From Candidatus Moraniibacteriota bacterium (GTDB lineage: Bacteria > Patescibacteriota > Minisyncoccia > Moranbacterales > GWC2-37-73), in assembly GCA_035390125.1 (NCBI GenBank), contig DAOOTD010000002.1:169908-233907 (forward strand): a stretch of 64,000 nt of DNA. The letters are read 5' to 3'. The stretch's first letter is position 1. Every line of letters begins with the position of its first letter. Below are positions 10,561 through 19,545 of the stretch, piece by piece. The notes beneath the pieces were generated by a model. The model searched no databases. It was given only the letters and a program-made list of their open reading frames with translations, and was not told the origin of the DNA. The position numbers and the translations under genes were made by a program.

Positions 10561-10584
10561 AAAAACTGGGTCAGCCCGGTTTTT
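10561..10584 (+). terminator. Hairpin/terminator between dnaG and rpoD
   Basis: aaaaactggg-tcag-cccggttttt. Confidence 0.6.
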
Positions 10585-10652
10585 GATGTTTGTTTGTTGA
10601 AACTTAATCTTCAGTGGAATAGGAATATATTCCATAATATATTTTTTAAATT

Positions 10653-11999
10653 ATGAAAAGAACACAAAAAAAGAAAAGCAAGAAGAAAGTGTTAAAGAAA
10701 CATATTATACGCAAGGCTAAAAAAATAAAATCAGGAAAACTTAAAAGATCCTTACGGAAAAAGGTATCTATAAAATTAAAGAAAAAACCTAAAAATGCTA
10801 AGAAAGTAAAATCAAAAACAAAATCAAAGAAAAAAGATATTCTGACTAAAAAGAAATCTAAAAATAAAAAATTAACAATAAAATCGAAAGAAATTCAGCC
10901 AGAAGGCATGGATGTAGTGGCTGAGTTGATTGCACGCGGAAAGCAGCGAGGATTTGTGACTGAAGATGAAATAATCCATCTTATCCCAGAAATCGAAGAA
11001 GAATTGGATGAATTGGAAAATTTATATGAAAAACTTGAAACTGCCGGCATAAAAGTTGTCGTTTCTGATGATATGTTGAAAATAGATACTGATAAAGAGG
11101 TCGAAGCTTATGAAAAGAGTAAAAAGGATAAAAATGCCGATATTATCCTGGGAGAAGGAGTTGAGGACAGTTCATCAGACTTGGTTCAAATGTATTTTCG
11201 TGAAATAGGACGGGTTCCACTTTTAAAATCAGAAGAAGAAATAAAATTGGCTAAAGCTAATGAAAAAGGAGATTTGGCGGCCAAACAAAAACTTACTGAG
11301 TCAAATTTACGTTTAGTTGTCAGTATTGCGAAAAAATATGTCGGACGTTCTCATAATTTGTCTTTGCTTGATCTTATTCAGGAAGGAAATATAGGTCTTT
11401 TCAGAGCAGTAGAAAAATTTGATTACAGAAAAGGATACAAATTTTCTACTTATGCCACCTGGTGGATACGCCAGGCAATTACACGCGCTTTAGCTGATCA
11501 GTCCAGAACCATACGCATACCGGTACATATGGTTGAAACTATAAATAAATATACCCAGATTACGCGCAGACTCGTCCAGGAATTAGGAAGGGAACCTTTA
11601 CCGGAGGAAATAGCTGCCGAAATGAATTTAGAAGTGGATAAAATCAGACATATCCAAAAAATTTCCCAGGAAACTGTTTCCTTGGAAACGTCAGTCGGTG
11701 ACAGTGATGATGACAGTGTGCTTGGAGATTTTATTGAAGACACTGAAACTGTAATGCCTCATCAGGTAGCTTCCAGAAAACTTTTAAAAAATCATGTGGT
11801 AGAAGTTTTAAGAGAACTTACTCCACGTGAACAAAAAATCTTGAAAATACGTTTCGGACTTGAAGATGGGGTAACCCACACCCTAGAAGAAGTTGGAAAA
11901 GAATTCGGAGTAACTCGAGAACGCATTCGTCAAATTGAAGCTAAAGCTCTAGATAAAATCAGGCAGCATAGGTCAATAGGAAAGCTTAAAGACTACTAA
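10653..11999 (+). CDS. rpoD: Primary sigma factor RpoD with Lys-rich N-terminal extension
   Basis: '[12 protein letters not shown]', '[17 protein letters not shown]', '[18 protein letters not shown]'; follows dnaG. Confidence 0.96.
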   Translation: MKRTQKKKSKKKVLKKHIIRKAKKIKSGKLKRSLRKKVSIKLKKKPKNAKKVKSKTKSKKKDILTKKKSKNKKLTIKSKEIQPEGMDVVAELIARGKQRGFVTEDEIIHLIPEIEEELDELENLYEKLETAGIKVVVSDDMLKIDTDKEVEAYEKSKKDKNADIILGEGVEDSSSDLVQMYFREIGRVPLLKSEEEIKLAKANEKGDLAAKQKLTESNLRLVVSIAKKYVGRSHNLSLLDLIQEGNIGLFRAVEKFDYRKGYKFSTYATWWIRQAITRALADQSRTIRIPVHMVETINKYTQITRRLVQELGREPLPEEIAAEMNLEVDKIRHIQKISQETVSLETSVGDSDDDSVLGDFIEDTETVMPHQVASRKLLKNHVVEVLRELTPREQKILKIRFGLEDGVTHTLEEVGKEFGVTRERIRQIEAKALDKIRQHRSIGKLKDY

Positions 12000-12087
12000 T
12001 ATTGAACCTTGCCAGATTAGAATATTTTTGATACAATGTTTTCGTTGTCTGTTTAGGCAACATTTTTCAAAATCAAATAAAACATAT

Positions 12088-12162
12088 TCCGGCGTAGCGC
12101 AACGGTAGCGCAGGGGACTGTTAATCCCTTGGTTGTAGGTTCGAATCCTACCGCCGGAGCCA
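12088..12162 (+). tRNA. tRNA-Asn(GTT), integration target
   Basis: Acceptor TCCGGCG/CGCCGGA, anticodon arm gggga-ctGTTaa-tccct, GGTTCGAATCC. Confidence 0.95.
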
Positions 12163-13632
12163 TTCTTTAGTTTTGGCATATTCCATTATGCCATTAAAGG
12201 GAGCTTTTACCTCAAATGAAAGCTTTCCTGCATTTAAAGTAAGGTTCTGAAGTAAGAAACCCAATAGTTGGGTTTTTTCTTGTGGTTCAGAATTTTGGAA
12301 CAATTCTAATGCCCTTTGCGACAAGTCTAATACTTTATTTGCTGTAAGACTGAAGTCTCTATCAGCGGACGAATGTTCCTGAAGTTGTGTATTTAAGTTT
12401 TCTCTTTCTTGTGTGTATTCAATAGCCATTTTGTCATATTCGTCCGCAGTAATACGTCCATCAAGTCTGTCTCTATACATAACCTTTAACCTTGCATCTA
12501 TATTGCCTATTTTTCTTTGAATAGTTGCTTTATTTTTCTCATAATACACTTTTTCAGCATCATGAATAGTTCTTAGCTCATCTTTGAGCCTATCAAGGGC
12601 TTCTGGCTCCAATTTTAAACTCTGAAATAGGTCTTTAGTTTGATCCACTAATTCATCTTCTCTCAACCACTTTATTCCTTTATCAGGACAAGTCCCGTAA
12701 TAATTAGTGCAATGATAGTAAACATGCCCTTTCTGAAGTTCTGGCGTAATTGCTAATCCGCAATGTGAACATTTTATCAATCCTCTGAAAATATATGGAT
12801 TGTTTGTTCGTTTGAAATTTTGCCTATTATAGCCGTTTATAACTTCTTGGACTTTTTCAAATAAATATCTTGAAACGATAGGTTGATATTTATGCGGATA
12901 TAGCTTACCCTTAACTCTCATTACGCCGTAATAGAACGGGTTTCTTAAAATTGCATGAACTTGGCTTGTTGTCATCTTCATTCCGCTCCTACTTCTCAAG
13001 CCTCTGTCGTTCATTTCCTGTGCAAGCTTTTTCATTGAAAATTTACCCGTGGCATACAACTGAAACATTTTTAGGACTAGAAATTCTTTGTCCTTGTCTA
13101 TGATAATATGCTTTTTTTCATTTTCCAGTGTTATATTTTTATATCCCAGATAGGCTTGTCCAATCCATTCGCCATTCCTTAATTTCTGCTCGTAAGCTCT
13201 TTTTACATTGTCGCTAATTGCATCAGAATAATATTTCGCCAGACCTAAATTTATTCCAAAATGAAATTTTTCTGCTGCCGATATATTTGAAGAGATAACA
13301 AGGTTGTCTGAAACAAAATGTAATTCTATTTTATCTTGCATTGCTAAATCATATAAAAGTGGAACGCGTTTATCAAAAACATTTCGCGTAAATCTATCTA
13401 CTTTGTCAAAACAGACTACAATTTTATCTTTGCTTTTCTTTACTAAATCAATTGCCTTATCAAATTCGTCTCTTTTTTGTTTATAGGCACTTTCATCAAA
13501 GCTAAAGATTTCTAAAACTGCAAAACCTTTTGTTTTGCAGTATTCTTTAAGCCTATGAATTTGAGCTGGTAGAGAGTTTCCGGCGTCTTTTTGTTCTTCT
13601 GTTGAAACTCTAGCTAATATTATCGCTTTCAT
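12148..13632 (-). CDS. Large serine recombinase (resolvase + recombinase + Zn ribbon + coiled coil), integrated form
   Basis: 'ARVSTEEQ' catalytic Ser, 'DRFTRN', 'ILRNPFYYG', 'CSHCG..YYHC'; start at 13632 overlaps the REase stop (ATGA); stop codon lies inside tRNA-Asn. Confidence 0.93.
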   Translation of the reverse strand: MKAIILARVSTEEQKDAGNSLPAQIHRLKEYCKTKGFAVLEIFSFDESAYKQKRDEFDKAIDLVKKSKDKIVVCFDKVDRFTRNVFDKRVPLLYDLAMQDKIELHFVSDNLVISSNISAAEKFHFGINLGLAKYYSDAISDNVKRAYEQKLRNGEWIGQAYLGYKNITLENEKKHIIIDKDKEFLVLKMFQLYATGKFSMKKLAQEMNDRGLRSRSGMKMTTSQVHAILRNPFYYGVMRVKGKLYPHKYQPIVSRYLFEKVQEVINGYNRQNFKRTNNPYIFRGLIKCSHCGLAITPELQKGHVYYHCTNYYGTCPDKGIKWLREDELVDQTKDLFQSLKLEPEALDRLKDELRTIHDAEKVYYEKNKATIQRKIGNIDARLKVMYRDRLDGRITADEYDKMAIEYTQERENLNTQLQEHSSADRDFSLTANKVLDLSQRALELFQNSEPQEKTQLLGFLLQNLTLNAGKLSFEVKAPFNGIMEYAKTKEWLRR

Positions 13633-15320
13633 TTTACGAATGCGTTTTGGACTGTTTGCGAAATTTGCTGATACCAATCTTTTTCATTTTCAGTTTTCAA
13701 CGCAAGATTAGATAGTGAATTAAACAAATTTTTTAAATCATCTGCTTTCGGTTTAATTGCGGAGCTATGGGCGTTTTTTAATAAACATTTGAAGTCCTCT
13801 AAACTTAAAGGTATTATTTGTGATTTTCCGCCATAATATTCTATGTTGATGCGATACAAACCGTAGTAGTGAGCAATGGTAGCATTATTCAAATTAGGAG
13901 CTACAAATATTCCAAATACAGGTTTTGAATTGCTTTTTTTATATTGACCATAGTGTCTTGCTACAGGCTCTCCTTCCATTTCATATTGTTTTTGTCCTGA
14001 TGATAGAGTGACTTCAACAATTGCATCAAAATCTTTATATTTACAAACTATATCGGGTGTGTTGCCTGGAGCTGTATATAATGGCATACCATCGTCATCA
14101 ATTTTAAAGTTTCCTTGAATATCTCCGTCGTTCAACATTGTAAAAGCTCTCCAAATATTCCATTCAAAGAAAAGAGATGGATCTATATTTTCTCTATTTA
14201 CAATACCTGAAAAAACTTCAAGTATATCATTATATTCTTCATAATTTCGTAATTTACTTTTTTCATTTTCAATATATTTTTCAAGACTCTCTTTGATTAG
14301 GCTTTCATAGATATTTTTCAAGTCTTCCGTGTCCTTCTCTTTGAGTGCCGAAACACTAACTCTTGTATCTTTCTGTGTAATTTTAGAAATTATCAAGTCT
14401 TTATTATCTACAAGAAGCAATGGCTTGCTCGCATCAAACAAATTCGCTTCATAATCTTCTTCATCTTTATATGCAAATATATCCCTATCAATATTCTTTA
14501 GAATAAATTCAATATCATTTTTTCTTTCTTTGAGAATGTATACTTTTGATGTTTTTGGATTTAACGAAAACAGTCCGGTAGCACGAAGATACCTAATAGA
14601 GGCATCGGCATAATCAAGATGATTACTTCGTTTAGTTTTAACAAAATTATCTAAAGTTTGTTCCTTACTTTCCCTTATTGATAACTTTCCTTGCTCAATG
14701 TCTTCCTTGAATAATTCAGTCAGCTCTTTCTCAAATTGCAAGGCGATAAATTTTTTATAATTTATCTTTTTTGTTCGCAATAACTTTTTTTCTTCTCTGA
14801 AATTGATAATTTTATTTTTTACATTATTGTATTTAGCAAAATCTGTAAGTTGAATAACAAATAGCCCTATCTCATGCTTGCTTAAACCGTCTAATTCATA
14901 AATAAGTCTCATTAACTCAAGGTAGGGCTTTATTCTAAATGTGTTATTTTTATCTTTATGATAAGGCGAATGAAGCTGGAACTTCAATAGCTGTCTTAAA
15001 AATATCTCTTCCGGTCTGTTTCCATAAACATATTTTTTTCCAGCTTCAGTAAGCTTGATAACTGGCTTTAAGTCAATCAATCCAAGAGATTTAGGAGCTC
15101 TGTTTACTCTATCTCTAGCCTTAAAAGCGACATCTCCAGTTGCTGAACCCTCAAAAAAATCTTGTTTAGCTAGTTGTAAATAAAACTTTTTTTGAGTCTC
15201 TGAATTCCATTTCTGACCTTCAAAATTTTCTGATAAAAATTTTATCTCATCAACCAGTTTGTGTGGTGACCTAGGCGAGGTAACGAAAAATATTGTTTTT
15301 TTATCTGTTATGTGAGCCAT
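13629..15320 (-). CDS. AlwI-family type IIS/nicking restriction endonuclease (MlyI/PleI/Nt.BstNBI-like)
   Basis: 'TSPRSP', 'LRQLLKFQ', 'DYADASIRYLRATG', 'FEWNIWRA', catalytic 'PD...VEVTL...QYEMEGEPVARH'. Confidence 0.88.
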   Translation of the reverse strand: MAHITDKKTIFFVTSPRSPHKLVDEIKFLSENFEGQKWNSETQKKFYLQLAKQDFFEGSATGDVAFKARDRVNRAPKSLGLIDLKPVIKLTEAGKKYVYGNRPEEIFLRQLLKFQLHSPYHKDKNNTFRIKPYLELMRLIYELDGLSKHEIGLFVIQLTDFAKYNNVKNKIINFREEKKLLRTKKINYKKFIALQFEKELTELFKEDIEQGKLSIRESKEQTLDNFVKTKRSNHLDYADASIRYLRATGLFSLNPKTSKVYILKERKNDIEFILKNIDRDIFAYKDEEDYEANLFDASKPLLLVDNKDLIISKITQKDTRVSVSALKEKDTEDLKNIYESLIKESLEKYIENEKSKLRNYEEYNDILEVFSGIVNRENIDPSLFFEWNIWRAFTMLNDGDIQGNFKIDDDGMPLYTAPGNTPDIVCKYKDFDAIVEVTLSSGQKQYEMEGEPVARHYGQYKKSNSKPVFGIFVAPNLNNATIAHYYGLYRINIEYYGGKSQIIPLSLEDFKCLLKNAHSSAIKPKADDLKNLFNSLSNLALKTENEKDWYQQISQTVQNAFVK

Positions 15321-15347
15321 AATTATTTTTTTCTTATCGTTTATTAT

Positions 15348-16139
15348 TTACCAAAATATTTTCTCGTTATCTGGAATAGAGGAATTTTTTTGAAGAATAT
15401 CTTTTTTAAATTTAATATATTCTTTAATTCTCTTTTCCGATATTTCAATAGACTTGTTTGAGATATCACAGCCTATAAAATTACAATTATGTTTGATTGA
15501 AGAAATTGCTGCAGAGCCACTGCCTAAAAATGGGTCACAGACAACAAAGTTTGGTGAAGTGCTGGCACTTAACATTATGTCAAATAATTCAACCGGTTTC
15601 TGCGTAGGATACTTTGCTTGATGAACCCTCTTAATTCTCCAAACATCTGGAAATGAGCGGCTCTTTATCTTACGGTTGTTTTTATTTGTTGCAAAAATAA
15701 TAAATTCGTGTCGCCTTCTGAAATAATGTCCCATTCCTAAATTGACCTTATCCCAGGAAATAATATTTTTCACATCAAATAGTTCTCTTACTATTGGACC
15801 AAGCGAAAGAAGGGAGTAGGAATCAAACATTATATATAAATGACCTGAACTTTTCAGTGCTTTTTTGCACAATAGCAAAAAATTTCTATAATTTTCTTCT
15901 GTATCTTTGAATTCCTCAAACCATTTTCCATTTACTGTTCCTTTTTCGGCATATTTTCCAACAATTCTTCCGTTCCCCAAGCTTAAATGATTATTCATTC
16001 CTGAATAAGCTGGATCTGTTACAATAATGTCTATACTTTTTTCTGGCTGACTTTCAAGAAATTTTAATACATCATCGTGAACGATTTTTATTGTATTTTT
16101 TCCTTTATTATATTTGACCTCAAAAGATAATTTTCTCAT
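15348..16139 (-). CDS. Beta-class N6A/N4C DNA methyltransferase
   Basis: Motif IV 'TDPAY' near the N-terminus, 'YPTQKP', motif I 'DPFLGSGS' near the C-terminus; start reassigned to Met at 16139. Confidence 0.88.
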   Translation of the reverse strand: MRKLSFEVKYNKGKNTIKIVHDDVLKFLESQPEKSIDIIVTDPAYSGMNNHLSLGNGRIVGKYAEKGTVNGKWFEEFKDTEENYRNFLLLCKKALKSSGHLYIMFDSYSLLSLGPIVRELFDVKNIISWDKVNLGMGHYFRRRHEFIIFATNKNNRKIKSRSFPDVWRIKRVHQAKYPTQKPVELFDIMLSASTSPNFVVCDPFLGSGSAAISSIKHNCNFIGCDISNKSIEISEKRIKEYIKFKKDILQKNSSIPDNEKIFW

Positions 16140-16143
16140 AGAT

Positions 16144-16320
16144 TTATTTTGTTGATGCATTTTCTACAAAACTTTGAAACTCGTTCTTTTTAATACGAAA
16201 CTCTTTACCGAATTTATAAGCTTTAATTTTTCCAGCTTTAATGTAGCGATAAATAGTCATTATATTTACCCTTAAAATATCAGCTAATTCTTGAGCTGTG
16301 TAAAATTCTTTTTCTTGCAT
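16144..16320 (-). CDS. Excisionase-like HTH protein (58 aa; not in the ORF track)
   Basis: Manual translation MQEKEFYTAQELADILRVNIMTIYRYIKAGKIKAYKFGKEFRIKKNEFQSFVENASTK fits the HTH_17/Xis pattern. Confidence 0.85.
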   Translation of the reverse strand: MQEKEFYTAQELADILRVNIMTIYRYIKAGKIKAYKFGKEFRIKKNEFQSFVENASTK

Positions 16321-16357
16321 ATGTTTATTTTTTAATTATAAGATACTTTACTTTTCT

Positions 16358-16558
16358 TTACAAGAAACAGTCCTTACGATCATTGCAACCACCACACGCA
16401 TCGCAATAATCATACTTTCCTATTACAGTAATCTCGTCCTCCAAGCCTCTTTTCTTTAGCTCCTTTCTTATTTCTTCAGCAGTTCGTCCTTGAAAAATTT
16501 CATCAAGCAACTCATCAGTGAGTTCAACTTTTTTCTTTTTTAAATTTTTTTTACTCAT
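16358..16558 (-). CDS. Small hypothetical protein with C-terminal Cys cluster
   Basis: 'CDACGGCNDRKDC'; co-oriented within the island operon. Confidence 0.55.
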   Translation of the reverse strand: MSKKNLKKKKVELTDELLDEIFQGRTAEEIRKELKKRGLEDEITVIGKYDYCDACGGCNDRKDCFL

Positions 16559-16576
16559 TTATTTAGAATTAAATAA

Positions 16577-17722
16577 TTAACTCGTAATTTGCTCTTTCTT
16601 AAAGACATCAAATTTTTTTAATCCTTCTTCAATATCCTTCAAATAAAGCTCTGGCGACAATGCGTTTGTATTTAATGCTATTGCATTTAATTCTTTCAAG
16701 TGCTTGTTTACATTATTCCAAGAGCCTTTTCCGAATTTGTCCTCTATAATCTGACGAAACAATTCTGCACCCTCGCTCTTGCAAAAATCTTTGATAGCAT
16801 ACAGAGCTACTGCTTTTGTAGGTCTTCCATTTTGATTTGCGATATAATCAGAAATTTCCATAAGCTCATCTTTCTTGCTTTTGTTTTGCTGAAAGAGATG
16901 CAGGTTTCTTTCTTGGACAAGCGTATTCCAATAATCAAGCAAAACTTTTTGGCAAACATCTTTTTTAAAAATATCTCTGAAGTTTGGATTTTTGCCAAAT
17001 CCTATTTTTTCCAAAACCGTGTCCATTTTTCTTTTTTGCGAAAGCCTAACCTCCATTTTAAGAATTTCAATGTCAGTCTTTCTTCGCCACTCGTTTATCT
17101 GACAAAACAAACTTTTTTGATTTCCTTTCATATCGTGGTCAATTGACCTTTTTTCGTCTTTTCCCATATCGGCGATTTTATCGTAGAAAACTAGGGAGTG
17201 AGATTTTGAATAATACTGAAGTGAATGACCGCCGTTGCGAAAATCCGTCTTTGTCAGATCCAACCTCTTTGTTAGCTGTATTTTGGAAAGCTCTTTGATT
17301 GCCATTGTAGCTGTTATGTAGCCGTTTAACTCAATGTTTTTTGAGGCGTGAAATCCGGACACAGTAGCTTCCGCTAAATTATCTCGCATAATATAGACAC
17401 CTTTTTTGATTAGTTTTTCCTGTAATTTGAGGATAACTTCTTCAAAATCACTTTCTTTAATTTCGTCTAGATTATTCTGAAATAGTAACTTTGGAACTGA
17501 AAATTCAACTCTTAAACCGATATTTATTCCCATTCTTGAAGGTCGTCTATAGAGTGTCATTCTTGGATAATATTCCCATTTTGATTCTTCCTTTGAAGGA
17601 TTGTTAACGGCTTTGCCATATCCGGCATCAGATAAAAAGTCTTTCGCGTTAGGAAAAAACATTTCTGGCGTCCAAATATCAAACTTATCAAGTGGAAAAT
17701 TCAAGATTACTGTGTCTAGCAT
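16577..17722 (-). CDS. Putative rolling-circle replication initiator (Rep_trans / phage gpII-X-like)
   Basis: N-terminal 'MLDTV', 'EFSVPKLLFQNN', 'LVFYDK' candidate catalytic Tyr, 'LKMEVRL'; family recognised from motif memory only. Confidence 0.65.
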   Translation of the reverse strand: MLDTVILNFPLDKFDIWTPEMFFPNAKDFLSDAGYGKAVNNPSKEESKWEYYPRMTLYRRPSRMGINIGLRVEFSVPKLLFQNNLDEIKESDFEEVILKLQEKLIKKGVYIMRDNLAEATVSGFHASKNIELNGYITATMAIKELSKIQLTKRLDLTKTDFRNGGHSLQYYSKSHSLVFYDKIADMGKDEKRSIDHDMKGNQKSLFCQINEWRRKTDIEILKMEVRLSQKRKMDTVLEKIGFGKNPNFRDIFKKDVCQKVLLDYWNTLVQERNLHLFQQNKSKKDELMEISDYIANQNGRPTKAVALYAIKDFCKSEGAELFRQIIEDKFGKGSWNNVNKHLKELNAIALNTNALSPELYLKDIEEGLKKFDVFKKEQITS

Positions 17723-17907
17723 AATTTTGCGTTATTTTCATTATTCGTCTTATTTGAGCTATTTTCCTTTTGTTGTTCATTTATTCGTTTGTCAATTCTA
17801 AAAAGCAAGTCAAAAAATCCCACAAAATTGTGCTTTGCTTCAAATACTTCCTTGTTAGAAAGCGTCTTTTTGCTTAATTTCTCATAGAATTCCTTGTCAG
17901 ATAACAT
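17716..17907 (-). CDS. Small hypothetical protein overlapping the Rep start
   Basis: 63-aa ORF first in the leftward operon; its end overlaps the Rep ATG. Confidence 0.55.
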   Translation of the reverse strand: MLSDKEFYEKLSKKTLSNKEVFEAKHNFVGFFDLLFRIDKRINEQQKENSSNKTNNENNAKLC

Positions 17908-18114
17908 AAAACCAGCAACTTTAAATTGCTGGCTTCTGAAGACAAAAAAAGAGACAACAGAGGCTAATCAACTTAAAGTTGAATGCTTTGTTATCTCAAA
18001 GGCTGTATGCAGGTTAAGATTGCTGTAGTGCCCTAGGGCGACTTATAGTATTAACGTTCCAAGTCTTATATTGAGCTAAATCAAAACTTTATTAACTTTT
18101 TAAGGCTTATATAT

Positions 18115-18144
18115 ACAATATCATACAAAAATAGACTTTGTCAA
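18115..18144 (-). promoter_or_regulatory. Sigma70-like promoter for the leftward island operon
   Basis: Minus strand TTGACA-N18-TATTGT with TG extension. Confidence 0.5.
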
Positions 18145-18222
18145 GGTGTAGTTATTTTGTTATAAATTTAATTTTTAAGCCAAAAAATGGCTTAAATAAG
18201 CTGTCGCGCAGCTGAACATTCA

Positions 18223-18438
18223 TTACTTTTTCTTACTTTCAGTAATTTTCTTTAGAAATTTTTTTCTTTCGCTTTTGTTTAAAAAAACGCTTTCAAAGAA
18301 GTATTGCATTTGAACTAAATTATAGTCTAAATTTACACTTTTCAGCTCTTTGTTGATGCTTTTAACTACGAATTTTTCCAGCTTGGCGTTCTCTCTTCTC
18401 TGAATTCTTGGCAGTAATAGTTTCTTCGTAAACCTCAT
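18223..18438 (-). CDS. Hypothetical protein
   Basis: 71-aa basic ORF, no recognisable motif. Confidence 0.4.
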   Translation of the reverse strand: MRFTKKLLLPRIQRRENAKLEKFVVKSINKELKSVNLDYNLVQMQYFFESVFLNKSERKKFLKKITESKKK

Positions 18439-18503
18439 ATAATTTGTGATAAATTTTTAATTTTTATATACTTTATAAAAGAAACTCATAATATTTTAAT
18501 AAA

Positions 18504-19427
18504 ATGGACTTATCTGAAATTGAAAAAAGAAATGCTTCTGTAAATAAATACCTAGAAGGTATTAGCGATGAGGAGCTTAGAAAAAAAGGTGATGAAGAAT
18601 ATGCCAAGGCGGAAAAGGATTTTAAGGAATTAAAAGAAGCTCTTGCGGAAGGAAAATGTAGTTTCTGCGGAAATTCTATTTCTCATTTTTCTGAAAAGAA
18701 ACCGTGTTTTCATTGGCTTTTAAAACCGAATGGCTTTAAGAAAAGACACTTTCCCTTGCTATATAAAAAATATAGTTTTCGTAGAATGGAGGCATATTTA
18801 CGCTGGGTGGCAAATACTGATATACCCCTTAAAAATATAAACGATTTAGTTGAAGAAAAAACATCTTCAAAAAAAATTGAGCTAACAGTGGTCTATAAAG
18901 ATTTAGAATGGTCATTTTCCTGTTCTAGGTCTGATTATCAAGGACATCAAGACAAACGAGAAGGAAAAATGCCTCACTATCATTTTCAGATGAAGAAAGC
19001 TGGCAATGTAATAATAAACTATGCCGGCTTCCATATTCCTTTTCACGATGAAGATTTTTTTTCATTTGCATTGAGTGAAGGAAAAATTCCCAGACTAGGC
19101 TATAAACATATTCACGGTGCGGGAATGCAAGAACTTCTTGATAATTTTTCTCCAGAAGAAATTCTTGAGCAAATGGTAAAGGCTGACGATGAAGAAAATG
19201 CTCAATTTCATACCTCTACGCTTGTCGAGGCTGATCCCGGAACTACAATATCAGGTTCAGTCATCGCTGATTTAGTAGAGGAGCATAAACGAACAGGAAT
19301 TCCAATGGCACGACTTATTCAAAAATTACCAAACATTAAAGCGACTAGCTATATTACTCCCGGTCCCGGCGTGCCAGAATTAGCAAAAAGAACTCCAAGA
19401 CGTAAAAAAATGCAAGAAGACAAATAG
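18504..19427 (+). CDS. Hypothetical island cargo protein with CxxC...CxH and GH...PHYH motifs
   Basis: 307-aa uninterrupted ORF; 'CSFC', 'CFH', 'GHQ..PHYHFQM'. Confidence 0.75.
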   Translation: MDLSEIEKRNASVNKYLEGISDEELRKKGDEEYAKAEKDFKELKEALAEGKCSFCGNSISHFSEKKPCFHWLLKPNGFKKRHFPLLYKKYSFRRMEAYLRWVANTDIPLKNINDLVEEKTSSKKIELTVVYKDLEWSFSCSRSDYQGHQDKREGKMPHYHFQMKKAGNVIINYAGFHIPFHDEDFFSFALSEGKIPRLGYKHIHGAGMQELLDNFSPEEILEQMVKADDEENAQFHTSTLVEADPGTTISGSVIADLVEEHKRTGIPMARLIQKLPNIKATSYITPGPGVPELAKRTPRRKKMQEDK

Positions 19428-19457
19428 CATTCCTCTGATTTGTCCTGTGATGTCCTG

Positions 19458-19545
19458 TTATAGCTCTGCAAATGCTGGCAACAATTCCATTTCTTGCATA
19501 AGTCTTCCTAAATTCAAGTTTCTGAACATATTAGCTAGCGGGAGC
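19458..19545 (-). other. Detached 3' end of the serine recombinase gene plus right att core
   Basis: Minus strand G CTC CCG CTA GCT AAT ATG TTC AGA ... GAG CTA TAA is in frame with recombinase ...GAA TG(G CTC C). Confidence 0.7.

Larger units (their letters stand above)
12156..19545. mobile_element. tRNA-Asn-integrated element (serine recombinase, RM genes, excisionase, rolling-circle Rep)
   Basis: Recombinase overlaps the tRNA 3' end; GCCGGAGCCA (12153-12162) vs GCGGGAGCAA (19538-19547); joining at GGAGC gives an in-frame recombinase tail. Confidence 0.8.

Noticed and set aside
11973-12179. 68-aa minus-strand ORF
   Set aside because: It is the antisense reading of tRNA-Asn (GGRIRTYNQGINSP is a typical tRNA shadow).
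13633-13677. 15-aa N-terminal extension of the recombinase in the ORF track
   Set aside because: It lies inside the REase gene; the ATG at 13632 gives a canonical serine recombinase start and an ATGA overlap.
19441-19459. Tandem tgtcctgt repeat near the right island end
   Set aside because: Only two 8-bp copies; cannot be distinguished from chance.
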